From: Girardia tigrina
Taxonomy: Eukaryota
NCBI GenBank assembly: GCA_001938485.1
Contig: MQRK01217587.1
Location: 62,337 to 122,656 of the forward strand
Length of the DNA stretch: 60,320 nucleotides
Direction of reading: 5' to 3'
The translations under genes and the position numbers were made by a program. The first letter of the stretch is position 1, and every line of letters begins with the position of its first letter. The notes under the pieces were generated by a model. That model ran no database searches. It saw nothing but the letters and a program-made list of their open reading frames with translations, and was not told the origin of the DNA. Of the stretch, positions 59,866-60,320 are shown in pieces.

Positions 59866-60320
59866 ACACCGCCCTACCAAAAGTCACCGACCACCGGTGT
59901 GTTCGCAGTAATGAGAGATTATGAGAATTTTTAAACGAATGATATATTTACACCATTCGCAGATATGTTGACACTGGTAGTGTATCCTCATCAGCAAGAT
60001 GTGGTCGTCCACGAATTTTTTCAGACCGTGACAAGCGGAATTTAAAGCGTTTGGTGCATGCTGATAGAACCGCATCTCTGCTTCAGATTTCGACTACTTT
60101 AGACGTTGCATCCCCATCTACAGTTCGTCGCACCTTACATGAACTTGGTTTCTATGGGCGAGCAGGAAAAAAGAAGCCATTGATCACCGAAGAAAACCGC
60201 AAAAAAGAGACTTACGTGGTGCAATGAGCGCAAACTATGGACCTTTGCCGATTGGGCTAACATCATATGGTCTGATGAGTCTTGTTTTAGTTTGTTTAAA
60301 TCTGATGGACGTGTTTGGGT
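59866..60320 (+). mobile_element. Tc1-like transposon 5' part, runs off the window
   Basis: TA|CACCGCCCTACCAAAAG terminus; GRPRIFSDRDKR..TVRRHLHELG..KKPLIT..WANIIWSDESCF. Confidence 0.88.

Overview
Very AT-rich eukaryotic (animal) genomic DNA with four assembly gaps. Tiny 42-84 bp introns alternate with multi-kb transposon-filled introns. This, plus a motile-cilia gene, suggests a flatworm such as a planarian, but that is only an inference. Three spliced host genes can be reconstructed by hand: (1) the 5' part of a MAPKAP kinase (MK2-like) on the minus strand, with an 18.8 kb intron, whose downstream exons were not found in the window; (2) a complete 11-exon DTHD1-like gene (coiled coil-ZU5-ZU5-UPA-Death, about 821 aa) arranged head-to-head with it; (3) a complete 5-exon CFAP300/C11orf70 gene (249 aa). 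The rest is nested, mostly decayed mobile DNA: mariner, Tc1, pogo, hAT/hATm, Zator-like, Chapaev-like, Helentron-type repeats, gypsy remnants, many solo LTRs with 5-bp TSDs, and Penelope-like retroelements. The main non-coding signal is a set of minimal type I hammerhead ribozyme motifs in Penelope pseudo-LTRs, two pairs of them inverted inside host introns. Also notable: an unexplained highly structured ~190-nt insertion, an inverted-repeat-flanked gypsy integrase fragment, and a multicopy orphan ORF with an upstream IR-bounded 95-bp tandem-repeat module.
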